The notes under the pieces: generated by a model
The model's database searches: none
What the model saw: only the letters and a program-made list of their open reading frames with translations
Told to the model about the DNA's origin: nothing
From: Rhodobacter capsulatus SB 1003
GTDB lineage: Bacteria; Pseudomonadota; Alphaproteobacteria; Rhodobacterales; Rhodobacteraceae
Assembly: GCF_000021865.1 (NCBI RefSeq)
Contig: NC_014034.1
Coordinates: 1,560,001-1,592,000 of the forward strand
DNA length: 32,000 bases
Reading direction: 5' to 3'
Translations under genes and position numbers: made by a program
Part shown: one piece after another, positions 17,466-25,325 of the stretch
Layout: each line of letters starts with the position of its first letter
How positions within the stretch are numbered: the first letter of the stretch is position 1

Positions 17466-17485
17466 ACTGACAAATAACTGTCAGT
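17466..17485. promoter_or_regulatory. Palindromic operator candidate ACTGACA-N6-TGTCAGT
   Basis: Perfect 7-bp arms in an A/T-rich patch between the divergent HTH regulator gene and tatA. Confidence 0.45.
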
Positions 17486-17583
17486 AATCCCGCGGCAGGG
17501 CGGGGGCTGCGGCGGGATTGAACCTTGTCAGCCGGGCGGGCTGCGGGAAAGATCGCCCAAACCCCGTGATATGGAGAAATGAC

Positions 17584-17790
17584 ATGCAAATGGGTCCCTG
17601 GCAGCTGCTCTTGATCGCCGTCGTCGTTCTGGTGCTGTTCGGTCGCGGCAAGGTCTCTTCGCTGATGGGCGAAGTGGGCAAGGGCATCACCGCCTTCAAG
17701 AAAGGCGTGAGCGAAGGCACCAAGGAGATCGAGGAGGCCGCCGCCGAGCCGAAAGCCACCGAGACGACCCCCGACAAGGACAAGGTCTGA
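17584..17790 (+). CDS. tatA: Twin-arginine translocase subunit TatA, 68 aa
   Basis: MQMGPWQLLLIAVVVLVLFGRGKVSSLMGEVGKGITAFKKG: TM helix plus amphipathic helix. GGAGA RBS 6 nt upstream. Confidence 0.9.
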   Translation: MQMGPWQLLLIAVVVLVLFGRGKVSSLMGEVGKGITAFKKGVSEGTKEIEEAAAEPKATETTPDKDKV

Positions 17791-17814
17791 TCCCTGACCA
17801 AAGGCGGATAACGC

Positions 17815-18285
17815 ATGTTCGACATCGGCTGGAGCGAGCTTCTGCTCATCGGCATCGTCGCCCTCATCGTGGTGGGTCCGCAGGACCTGCCGCGGATGTT
17901 TCAGGCGCTGGGGCGGCTGACGGCCAAGGCCAAGCGTCTGGGCCGGGAATTCACCGCCGCGATGGAAGAGGCGGCGCGGGACACCGGCGTCAAGGAGGCG
18001 GCGGACAGTCTGAGCGACCTGAAATCGATGACCACCAAGAAGGGTCTGGGCATCGACGCGCTGGAACGCGCCACCGAGCGGTTCGAGAAATGGGATCCGA
18101 ATCTGCCCAAGCAGGCGGCGACGGCGGGGGCGACGGCGGCGCTGACGCCCGACCCGGAGCTTGCGGCCGATCTTGACGCGGCCGATCTGGACGCGGCCGA
18201 GCTGGCGCCCGAGCCGGAGGTGGAGCCTGAGATGCGGGCGAAACCCGCGGTGAAACGTGCCGAAGGGCCGGGAGGGTCCGCATGA
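17815..18285 (+). CDS. tatB: Twin-arginine translocase subunit TatB, 156 aa
   Basis: [42 protein letters not shown]. Position between tatA and tatC. Confidence 0.9.
18164..18208 (+). repeat. In-frame 15-nt tandem repeat x3 inside tatB ([15 protein letters not shown])
   Basis: GCGGCCGATCTTGAC / GCGGCCGATCTGGAC / GCGGCCGAGCTGGCG. Confidence 0.8.
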
Positions 18286-19130
18286 CGGCCGATCATATCG
18301 ACGAGACCGCAGCGCCGCTGATCGAGCATCTGGCAGAGCTGCGCACGCGCATTCTATATGCGCTTTCCGCCTATGTGGTGGCGGTGGTGCTGTGCTACAT
18401 CATCTGGCATCCGGTCTTCACCTTCCTGACGCATCCGATCTGCGAGGCGCTTGCCGCGCGCGGGCAGGCCTGTCAGCTCTCGCTGATCAAGCTGCAGGAG
18501 GGTTTCTTCGTCGCGATCAACATCGCGATGCTGGGCGGCTTCGCGCTGGCCTTCCCGATGATCGGCTTCCAGCTTTGGCGCTTTGTCGCGCCCGGGCTTT
18601 ACCGTAATGAAAAGCGGGCCTTCCTGCCCTTCCTGATCGCCTCGCCGGTGATGTTCTTCGTGGGCGCGGCCTTTTGCTATTACATCATCCTGCCGATGGC
18701 CTTCAGCTTCTTTCTGGGCTTCCAGATGGGCGATGTGGTGGCGGGGGCCGATGCGAGCGATCCAGCCAACCAGATGGCGGTGATCGGCTTCACCGGCTCG
18801 ATGGAGGAATATCTGAAGCTGACGACGAAATTCGTCATGGCCTTCGGGATCTGCTTCCAGATGCCGGTGGCGCTGACGCTTCTGGGCAAGGCGGGGCTGG
18901 TCTCGGCCCAGGCGCTGGCCTCGGTGCGCAAATACGCGGTCGTCGCCATGCTGACGGTCTCGGCGATCGTGACGCCGCCCGACGTGATGTCGCAGGTGAT
19001 CATGTTCGCGGTGATCTATCCGCTTTACGAGGGCTCGATCTTCCTTGTCCGGCGGATCGAGAAGAAGCGCGAGGCGCAGATGCGCGCCGAGGGCACCTGG
19101 ATCGACGACGACGAGGACGACGAAGCATGA
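18282..19130 (+). CDS. tatC: Twin-arginine translocase subunit TatC, 282 aa
   Basis: ATGA overlap with the tatB stop. [17 protein letters not shown] start and six-TM TatC architecture. Confidence 0.95.
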
Positions 19131-19966
19131 CCGATCCCCTGACGCGGATTGCCGAGGCGCTGGAGCGCCTTGCGCCTGCGCCCGCGCCCGCCCCCGAGTT
19201 TTCGGGGGCGGATGCGTTTTTGTGGCACTCTGCCCCCGACCGGCTGGAGCCGGTGGCCGAGGTGTCGCGCATCGATCTGGGCCTTTTGCGCGACATCGAC
19301 CGGGCGCGGGACACGCTTTTGGCCAATACGCTGCAATTCGCCCGCGGCGCGGCGGCGAACAATGCGCTGTTGTGGGGCGCGCGCGGGATGGGGAAATCCT
19401 CGCTCGTCAAGGCCGTGCATGCCGAGGTGCTGCGCCGGGGGCTGGGGCTGAAACTGGTCGAACTCTCGCGCGAGGATCTGCCCTCGGTCGGGCGGCTGCT
19501 GGGCCTGCTGCGCGCCGCGCCCGCACAGCGCTTCGTGCTCTTTTGCGACGATCTGAGCTTCAGCCATGACGATCAGCATTACAAGTCGCTGAAAGCGGTG
19601 CTCGATGGCGGCATCGCGGGGCGGCCCGCGAATGTGATCTTTTACGCCACCTCGAACCGGCGCCATCTGATGCCGCGCGACATGATCGAGAACGAACGCT
19701 CGACCGCGATCAACCCCTCCGAGGCGGTCGAGGAAAAGGTCTCGCTCTCGGATCGATTCGGGCTCTGGCTGGGGTTCCATCCCTGCGATCAGGACGCCTA
19801 TTTCGCGATGATCGAGGGCTATGTGGCGGCCTATGGGCTGAACGTCGACCCCGAGGGGCTGCGCGCCGAGGCGGTGGAATGGTATCGCACCCGCGGCTCG
19901 CGCTCGGGCCGGGTGGCCTGGCAGTTCTTCACCGATCTGGCAGGGCGGCACGGGCTGGCGCTGTGA
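19127..19966 (+). CDS. DUF815/COG2607-type AAA+ ATPase, 279 aa
   Basis: ATG at 19127 overlaps the tatC stop (ATGA). Walker [10 protein letters not shown], Walker B-like [10 protein letters not shown]. The part of ORF 18674..19966 upstream of 19127 is an out-of-frame overlap with tatC and was rejected. Confidence 0.85.
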
Positions 19967-20073
19967 CGCCGGGCGGGGCGGGGCTGGAAAGCTGCGCCCC
20001 GCGGGTGGAAGGAAACTTGCCAGCCCTTGCGCCCCGTTGGGGCAGTGCAAAGGCCGCTTTCGCGGCCCTCTCC

Positions 20074-20101
20074 GGCGCCCGATCCCGGGCGCCGAGCTTT
20101 C
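20074..20101 (+). terminator. Hairpin terminator after the tat/DUF815 operon
   Basis: GGCGCCCG-ATCC-CGGGCGCC: perfect 8-bp stem, followed by GAGCTTTC. A second hairpin GGCCGC-TTTC-GCGGCC lies at 20052-20067. Confidence 0.5.
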
Positions 20102-20241
20102 GGGGCGTGGCCGCCGGGACCGGCCCCGGTTGCGTCCGGCGCCGATTTACCCCCCAGATCTGGTAGGCCCGACCGCCCCGAACGGGCAGGGCCGCGCGGC
20201 TTGCGGATACTAGCCGTAGCGAATCCCCCCATTAAGATTCC

Positions 20242-20257
20242 TTAAAAATTCCTTAAC
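20242..20257 (+). promoter_or_regulatory. Full CtrA-box match TTAA-N7-TTAAC
   Basis: TTAAAAATTCCTTAAC. Embedded in a 9-nt direct repeat ATTCCTTAA (20237-20245, 20248-20256) with 11-nt period. GANTC sites at 20221-20225 and 20236-20240. Confidence 0.45.
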
Positions 20258-20290
20258 AATTTCCGCCCTTTTGCCGCCTGTGGCGCGGTT

Positions 20291-20372
20291 TTGTCCACAA
20301 CCGGCCCGCAGGCGGCGCGGCGGGCGGTTTTTGACCGAAGTTCTCCACAAGATATGGGGGGGCTGTGGAGAA
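20291..20372. promoter_or_regulatory. Cluster of three DnaA-box-like 9-mers (each 8/9 to TTATCCACA)
   Basis: TTGTCCACA 20291-20299. TTCTCCACA 20341-20349. TGTGGAGAA 20364-20372 (inverted copy of the second). A weaker 7/9 box TGTGGAAGA at 20463-20471. Confidence 0.45.
20304..20332 (+). terminator. Terminator-like hairpin inside the nrdJ upstream region
   Basis: GCCCGC (20304-20309) / GCGGGC (20320-20325) stem with 10-nt loop, followed by GGTTTTT. Confidence 0.3.
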
Positions 20373-20749
20373 GTGGCAGAGTCGTCCCCGCCGCGACGGG
20401 TAATTCTGCCCAAAGCAAAGGAAATTCGGCCCTTGGGGTGCATGCGGCCGAAACCGGGGCAATGTGGAAGAATCTGCGCGCAGCTTTTGCACGCCGCCGT
20501 CAAGCGGGATTCTCGCCGAAAAATAATGAAAATTACGTTGACGATGCCGAGGGGACGCGGCAGGTTGTGGGCTGTCGGCGGCAGGCCTACCAGATATAGT
20601 GGGTTTGCGGCGGCAAGACAGCCAAGCAGAATGGTCCGCCCGTCAGGGTCAGACCCGGCCTCGGGGCAAGCGCGCGCGCCCCCCGGGTTGGCGGTTTTGC
20701 TTCCGCTTGCGGAGGTCGATGCAAGAAACGGGAAGGGCAGGACCGGCAG

Positions 20750-23700
20750 ATGAAGATCGAGCGCAAGTTCACCACGGTCGAGGGCGGCGCCTACGGGGCG
20801 ATGACCTTCACCACCACCACCTCGGAAATCCGCAATCCCGATGGCAAGGTGGTGTTCCGCAACGAGGCCGTCGAAGTCCCCGAGGGCTTCAGCCAGGTGG
20901 CCTCGGATGTGATCGCGCAGAAATACTTCCGCAAGGCGGGCGTTCCGGCGGCGCTGAAACGCGTCAAGGAAAAGGGCGTGCCCGAATTCCTGTGGCGCTC
21001 CGTTCCCGACACTGCCGCGCTGGAAAACCTGCCCGAAGATCAGCGCTTTGTCGGCGAAACCTCGGCCAAGCAGGTGTTCGACCGGATGGCCGGGGCCTGG
21101 GCCTATTGGGGCTGGAAGGGCGGCTATTTCACCACCGAAGACGACGCCCGCGCCTATTATGACGAGCTGCGCCACATGCTGGCCGCGCAGATGGCCGCGC
21201 CCAACAGCCCGCAATGGTTCAACACCGGCCTGCACTGGGCCTATGGCATCGACGGCCCGTCGCAGGGGCATTACTATGTCGATTACGCCACCGGCGTGCT
21301 GACGAAATCCGCCTCGGCCTATGAACATCCGCAGCCGCATGCCTGTTTCATCCAGTCCGTCCGCGACGATCTGGTGGGCGAGGGCGGCATCATGGACCTC
21401 TGGGTCCGGGAAGCGCGTCTGTTCAAATACGGCTCGGGCACCGGCACCAACTTTTCCAGCCTGCGCGCCGAGGGCGAGCGGCTGTCGGGCGGCGGCAAGT
21501 CCTCGGGCCTGATGGGGTTCCTGAAGATCGGCGACCGCGCCGCGGGGGCGATCAAATCGGGCGGCACCACGCGGCGCGCCGCGAAGATGGTGATCTGCGA
21601 CATGGATCACCCCGATATCGAGGAATTCATCAACTGGAAGGTCATCGAAGAACAGAAGGTCGCCTCGCTGGTGGCCGGTTCCAAGATGCACGAGCGCGAG
21701 CTGAACAAGATCTTCGAGGCGATCCGCGCCTTTGACGGCTCCGACGAAGGCCGCACCGATCCGGCCGTGAACGTGGCCCTGAAAGCCGCGATCCGGTCCG
21801 CGAAAAAGGCGATGATCCCGGAAACCTACATCAACCGCGTGCTGCAATATGCGCGGCAGGGGTTCAGCTCGATCGAATTCCCGACCTATGACACCGATTG
21901 GGATTCGGATGCCTATATCTCGGTCTCGGGGCAGAATTCGAACAACTCGGTGCGCGTCACCGATGCTTTCCTCAAGGCGGTCAAGGACGACGCCAATTGG
22001 GAACTTTTGCGCCGCACCGATGGCTCGGTGGCCAAGGTCGTCAAGGCGCGCGATCTGTGGGATCAGGTCGGCCATGCCGCCTGGGCCTGCGCCGATCCCG
22101 GCATCCAGTTCCATGACACGGTGAACGCCTGGCACACCTGCCCCGAGGACGGGCCGATCCGGGGCTCGAACCCGTGCTCGGAATACATGTTCCTGGATGA
22201 CACGGCCTGCAACCTTGCCTCGCTCAACCTGCTGACCTTCTACACGGGGGGCGAATTCGACGCCGAGGCCTATGTCCATGCCACCCGGCTCTGGACGATG
22301 ACGCTGGAAATCTCGGTTCTGATGGCGCAATTCCCGTCGAAGGAAATCGCGCAGCGCAGCTATGATTTCCGCACCCTGGGGCTGGGCTATGCCAATATCG
22401 GCGGCCTTCTGATGACCATGGGCCTGGGCTATGACAGCGACGAGGGCCGCGCACTTTGCGGCGCGCTGAGTGCGATCATGACCGGGATCAGCTATGCCAC
22501 CTCGGCCGAGATGGCGGCGGAACTGGGGCCGTTCCCGGGCTATGCGAAGAACCGCGCGCACATGCTGCGGGTGATCCGCAACCACCGCACCGCGGCGCAT
22601 GGCAAGTCGAAGGGCTACGAGGGGCTGGAGGTGCCGCCGGTGCCGCTCGATCTGGCCAATTGCCCCGATGACCGGCTGCTGCGTCTGGCGCGCATGGCCT
22701 GGGACGAGGCGCTGCGTCTGGGCGAGGAACACGGCTTCCGCAACGCGCAGGTCTCGGTGATCGCGCCCACGGGTACCATCGGTCTGGTGATGGATTGCGA
22801 CACGACCGGGATCGAGCCCGATTTCGCGCTGGTGAAGTTCAAGAAACTGGCGGGCGGCGGCTATTTCAAGATCATCAACCGCTCGGTGCCCGCGGCTTTG
22901 GAAACGCTGGGTTACGGCTCGGCGCAGATCGCGGAAATCATCGCCTATGCGGTGGGCCACGGGTCCCTGGGCAATTGCCCCGGCATCAATCCCACGGCGC
23001 TGATCGGCCATGGTTTCGGCCCGCGCGAGATCGAAAAGATCGAAGCCGCGCTGCCCTCGGCCTTCGACATCCGTTTCGTCTTCAACCAATGGACGCTGGG
23101 CGAGGAGTTCTGCACCAAGACGCTGGGCATCCCGGCCGAGAAACTGGCCGATCCGACCTTTGACCTTTTGCGCCATCTGGGCTTCAGCAAGGCGCAGATC
23201 GATGCGGCGAACGATCATGTCTGCGGGACGATGACGCTGGAAGGCGCCCCCTTTCTGCGCCCCGAGCATTACGTCGTCTTCGACTGCGCCAACACCTGCG
23301 GCAAGCGCGGCAAGCGCTATCTGTCGGTCGAAAGCCACATCCGCATGATGGCGGCGGCGCAATCGTTCATCTCGGGCGCGATCTCGAAGACGATCAACAT
23401 GGCCAATACCGCCACGATCGAGGATGTGAAGGCGGCCTACGAACTGTCCTGGTCGCTGGGCATCAAGGCCAATGCGCTTTATCGCGACGGCTCGAAGCTT
23501 TCGCAACCGCTCGCCTCGGCCCTGGTCGAGGATGACGAGGAGGCCGAGGAAATCCTCGCCACCGGCAGCCAACAGGAAAAGGCCGCCGTTCTGGCCGAAA
23601 AGATCGTCGAAAAGATCGTGGTCAAGGAGATCGTGCGCTCGCACCGCGAGAAGCTGCCCGATCGCCGCAAGGGCTATACGCAAAAGGCCGTCGTGGGGGG

Positions 23701-24424
23701 CCACAAGGTCTATCTGCGCACCGGCGAATATGCCGATGGCTCCTTGGGCGAGATCTTCATCGACATGCACAAGGAAGGCGCGGGCTTCCGCGCGATGATG
23801 AACAATTTCGCCATCGCCGTGTCCGTGGGCCTGCAATATGGCGTGCCGCTGGAGGAATTCGTCGACGCCTTCACCTTCACCAAATTCGAGCCCGCGGGCA
23901 TGGTGCAGGGCAATGACAGCATCAAGAACGCCACCTCGATCCTCGATTACGTCTTCCGCGAACTGGCGGTGAGCTATCTCGACCGCACCGATCTGGCGCA
24001 TATCAAGCCGCAGGGCACGATGTTCGACGATCTGGGCGGCGGGCAGAACGAGGGCAAGCGCAATGTCGAGCCGGTGAGCGAGTCGGCGGCGTCTAAATCG
24101 CTTGAAGTGCTGCGGCAGATTTCCTCGACCGGCTATCTGCGCAAGCGTCTGCCGCAGGAGCTGGTGGTGCTGCGCGGCGGTGCGGGGACGCAGCTTGATC
24201 CGATGGCGGCGCTGAACACGCTGGTGCCCGAAACCGCGCTGGCGGTGGGGGCGGGGGTCTCGACCGCGCTTTCGTCGGGCGTGGTGGCGCTTGACGCCCG
24301 CGCCAAGGCGAAGATGCAGGGCTACGAGGGCGAGGCCTGCGGCGAATGCGGCAACTACACGCTGGTGCGCAACGGCACCTGCATGAAGTGCAACACCTGC
24401 GGCGCCACCAGCGGCTGCAGCTGA
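20750..24424 (+). CDS. nrdJ: Class II adenosylcobalamin-dependent ribonucleotide reductase, 1224 aa
   Basis: MKIERKFTT...[11 protein letters not shown] start. Active-site region [23 protein letters not shown]. Conserved KTINM motif. Cys-rich C-terminal tail [28 protein letters not shown]. Confidence 0.97.
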   Translation: MKIERKFTTVEGGAYGAMTFTTTTSEIRNPDGKVVFRNEAVEVPEGFSQVASDVIAQKYFRKAGVPAALKRVKEKGVPEFLWRSVPDTAALENLPEDQRFVGETSAKQVFDRMAGAWAYWGWKGGYFTTEDDARAYYDELRHMLAAQMAAPNSPQWFNTGLHWAYGIDGPSQGHYYVDYATGVLTKSASAYEHPQPHACFIQSVRDDLVGEGGIMDLWVREARLFKYGSGTGTNFSSLRAEGERLSGGGKSSGLMGFLKIGDRAAGAIKSGGTTRRAAKMVICDMDHPDIEEFINWKVIEEQKVASLVAGSKMHERELNKIFEAIRAFDGSDEGRTDPAVNVALKAAIRSAKKAMIPETYINRVLQYARQGFSSIEFPTYDTDWDSDAYISVSGQNSNNSVRVTDAFLKAVKDDANWELLRRTDGSVAKVVKARDLWDQVGHAAWACADPGIQFHDTVNAWHTCPEDGPIRGSNPCSEYMFLDDTACNLASLNLLTFYTGGEFDAEAYVHATRLWTMTLEISVLMAQFPSKEIAQRSYDFRTLGLGYANIGGLLMTMGLGYDSDEGRALCGALSAIMTGISYATSAEMAAELGPFPGYAKNRAHMLRVIRNHRTAAHGKSKGYEGLEVPPVPLDLANCPDDRLLRLARMAWDEALRLGEEHGFRNAQVSVIAPTGTIGLVMDCDTTGIEPDFALVKFKKLAGGGYFKIINRSVPAALETLGYGSAQIAEIIAYAVGHGSLGNCPGINPTALIGHGFGPREIEKIEAALPSAFDIRFVFNQWTLGEEFCTKTLGIPAEKLADPTFDLLRHLGFSKAQIDAANDHVCGTMTLEGAPFLRPEHYVVFDCANTCGKRGKRYLSVESHIRMMAAAQSFISGAISKTINMANTATIEDVKAAYELSWSLGIKANALYRDGSKLSQPLASALVEDDEEAEEILATGSQQEKAAVLAEKIVEKIVVKEIVRSHREKLPDRRKGYTQKAVVGGHKVYLRTGEYADGSLGEIFIDMHKEGAGFRAMMNNFAIAVSVGLQYGVPLEEFVDAFTFTKFEPAGMVQGNDSIKNATSILDYVFRELAVSYLDRTDLAHIKPQGTMFDDLGGGQNEGKRNVEPVSESAASKSLEVLRQISSTGYLRKRLPQELVVLRGGAGTQLDPMAALNTLVPETALAVGAGVSTALSSGVVALDARAKAKMQGYEGEACGECGNYTLVRNGTCMKCNTCGATSGCS

Positions 24425-24437
24425 GAGATTGAGGGTT

Positions 24438-24473
24438 GGGGCGCAAAGGTTGCAGCTTTGCGCCCCGGCTTTC
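24438..24473 (+). terminator. Intrinsic terminator of nrdJ
   Basis: GGGGCGCAAAG-GTTGCAG-CTTTGCGCCCC: perfect 11-bp stem, followed by GGCTTTCC. Confidence 0.8.
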
Positions 24474-24637
24474 CGGCGGGATGGTAGGCACACCGCTGGA
24501 TTACCAAATCTCGGCCCTCCCGGGTCGATGGCTTCGGGAGACCATGGCTGAGAGGCGGGATCAATGTCGTGTCGGTCTATCCACAGACCTATCCCGAGGA
24601 AACTGAGGGAAGCTGTGGGCAAATATGGAGGCCGGGT

Positions 24638-24826
24638 ATGGCAACGAACACGGGAAGTGGCTTTCGTCGCGGCGCAGTGACCGGACGGACGCAGTTTCAG
24701 CGTGATGACGGCAATTGGCAGAAGCGCGACGAGCGCAATGGCCAGTTCATGGAAGTCAAGCAGAGCGATGGTCCTTTCAAAGGCGTCGCGAAAGAACCTG
24801 ATGGGCGGGACACGTCCAACTCCTGA
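24638..24826 (+). CDS. Small hydrophilic protein of unknown function, 62 aa
   Basis: ATG 6 nt after GGAGG (24627-24631). MATNTGSGFRRGAVTGRTQFQRDDGNWQKRDERNGQFMEVKQSDGPFKGVAKEPDGRDTSNS. Third-position GC only about 66% by hand count, atypical for this genome. Confidence 0.6.
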   Translation: MATNTGSGFRRGAVTGRTQFQRDDGNWQKRDERNGQFMEVKQSDGPFKGVAKEPDGRDTSNS

Positions 24827-24912
24827 TCAAGTTGGGGGCGGTTGAGCGCCCCCGGCATCTCTGATGTCAAGCCGATCTGGGGATCCCCAGACCACAATCG
24901 AGAGCTAAAGCC

Positions 24913-25158
24913 GTGCATCTGATCATCGCCACCGAAAGCTTCGCCGACGTGCCCCTGCGCCGCATCCCCGGCGGTTACGAGGCCGTGCTGGCGGGCAAGG
25001 CGCTCAAGCGCCTGATCGACGCCACCTTCGAGGGCGCCTCGATCGAAGTCTGGGGCGGCGATCTGAGCGCGCATGGGCTTGACGTGACCGACATCCGCAT
25101 GGCCGGCGCCACCACCACCGTCACGCTGATGGCGGCGGGCGCGAAGGCGATCCACTGA
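24913..25158 (+). CDS. Hypothetical protein, 81 aa, GTG start
   Basis: 74 of 81 codons end in G/C (strong host-like coding signal). The GTG is the first start after an in-frame TAA at 24907. No family recognised. Confidence 0.6.
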   Translation: MHLIIATESFADVPLRRIPGGYEAVLAGKALKRLIDATFEGASIEVWGGDLSAHGLDVTDIRMAGATTTVTLMAAGAKAIH

Positions 25159-25256
25159 CCGAGATCGGGGGCAGGTGCGCTTGCCCCAGACGTCGAGAAG
25201 GCCCAGGCGAAACCATAACCTCGGGCACCAATGAAGAGCCTGATCGACGAACCTGG

Positions 25257-25284
25257 CCCCCGTCCGCAAGGACGGGGGTCTTTT
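25257..25284 (+). terminator. Intrinsic terminator of the two-small-ORF unit
   Basis: CCCCCGTCC-GCAA-GGACGGGGG: perfect 9-bp stem with GNRA loop, followed by TCTTTTCC. Confidence 0.85.
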
Positions 25285-25325
25285 CCTGTGCGGGCCGTGC
25301 CGCGCAAGCGGGCGCCTTTGCCGGA

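Noticed and set aside
20221-20372. Chromosomal replication origin (A/T-rich patch + DnaA boxes + CtrA box + GANTC, reminiscent of Caulobacter Cori).
   Set aside because: There are only 3-4 imperfect boxes, the A/T-rich tract is about 35 nt (too short for an unwinding element), and none of the usual origin-flanking genes (dnaA, hemE, parAB etc.) are present. A regulatory role for nrdJ is more parsimonious. Still reported as a finding in that sense.
20610-20700. Possible cobalamin riboswitch in the nrdJ leader (GGTCAGACCCGGCC vaguely resembles the B12 box AGTCAGGAGACCTGCC).
   Set aside because: The other conserved cobalamin-riboswitch core elements (GGGAA / GGTG..AATCC / GCAACTGTA-type segments) are absent. 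B12 riboswitches normally repress B12-independent isozymes, not nrdJ.
24526-24538. Imperfect direct repeat CGAT(C)GGCTTCGGG at 24526-24538 and 26569-26582, bracketing the small ORFs and pyruvyl transferase like island att sites.
   Set aside because: Only a 9-nt exact core, with an indel. At each site it belongs to a different local hairpin. In GC-rich DNA this is within chance expectation for the two regions compared.
24479-24560. tRNA fragment or integrase att site after nrdJ (GGTAGGCACACCGCTGGATTACCAAATC..., stem CTCCCG/CGGGAG).
   Set aside because: No cloverleaf can be drawn, there is no GGTTCGAATCC-type T-arm, and no integrase gene is nearby.
24577-24585. Single 8/9 DnaA-box match CTATCCACA upstream of the 62-aa ORF.
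   Set aside because: An isolated box inside a small hairpin, with no cluster. One such match in 32 kb is expected by chance.
20210-24622. 1470-aa minus-strand ORF antisense to nrdJ. Similar giant or long shadow ORFs: 9942..14255 (-), 1960..3405 (+), 3522..4877 (-), 4894..6027 (-), 6243..7304 (-), 7500..9086 (+), 15642..17258 (+), 25467..26660 (+), 26587..28350 (+), 29320..30756 (-), 30585..31976 (-).
   Set aside because: Their translations are Arg/Gly/Pro/Ala/His-rich low-complexity strings with no motifs. Each lies opposite or out of frame to a gene with clear family signatures. Long stop-free antisense frames are expected in ~66% GC DNA.
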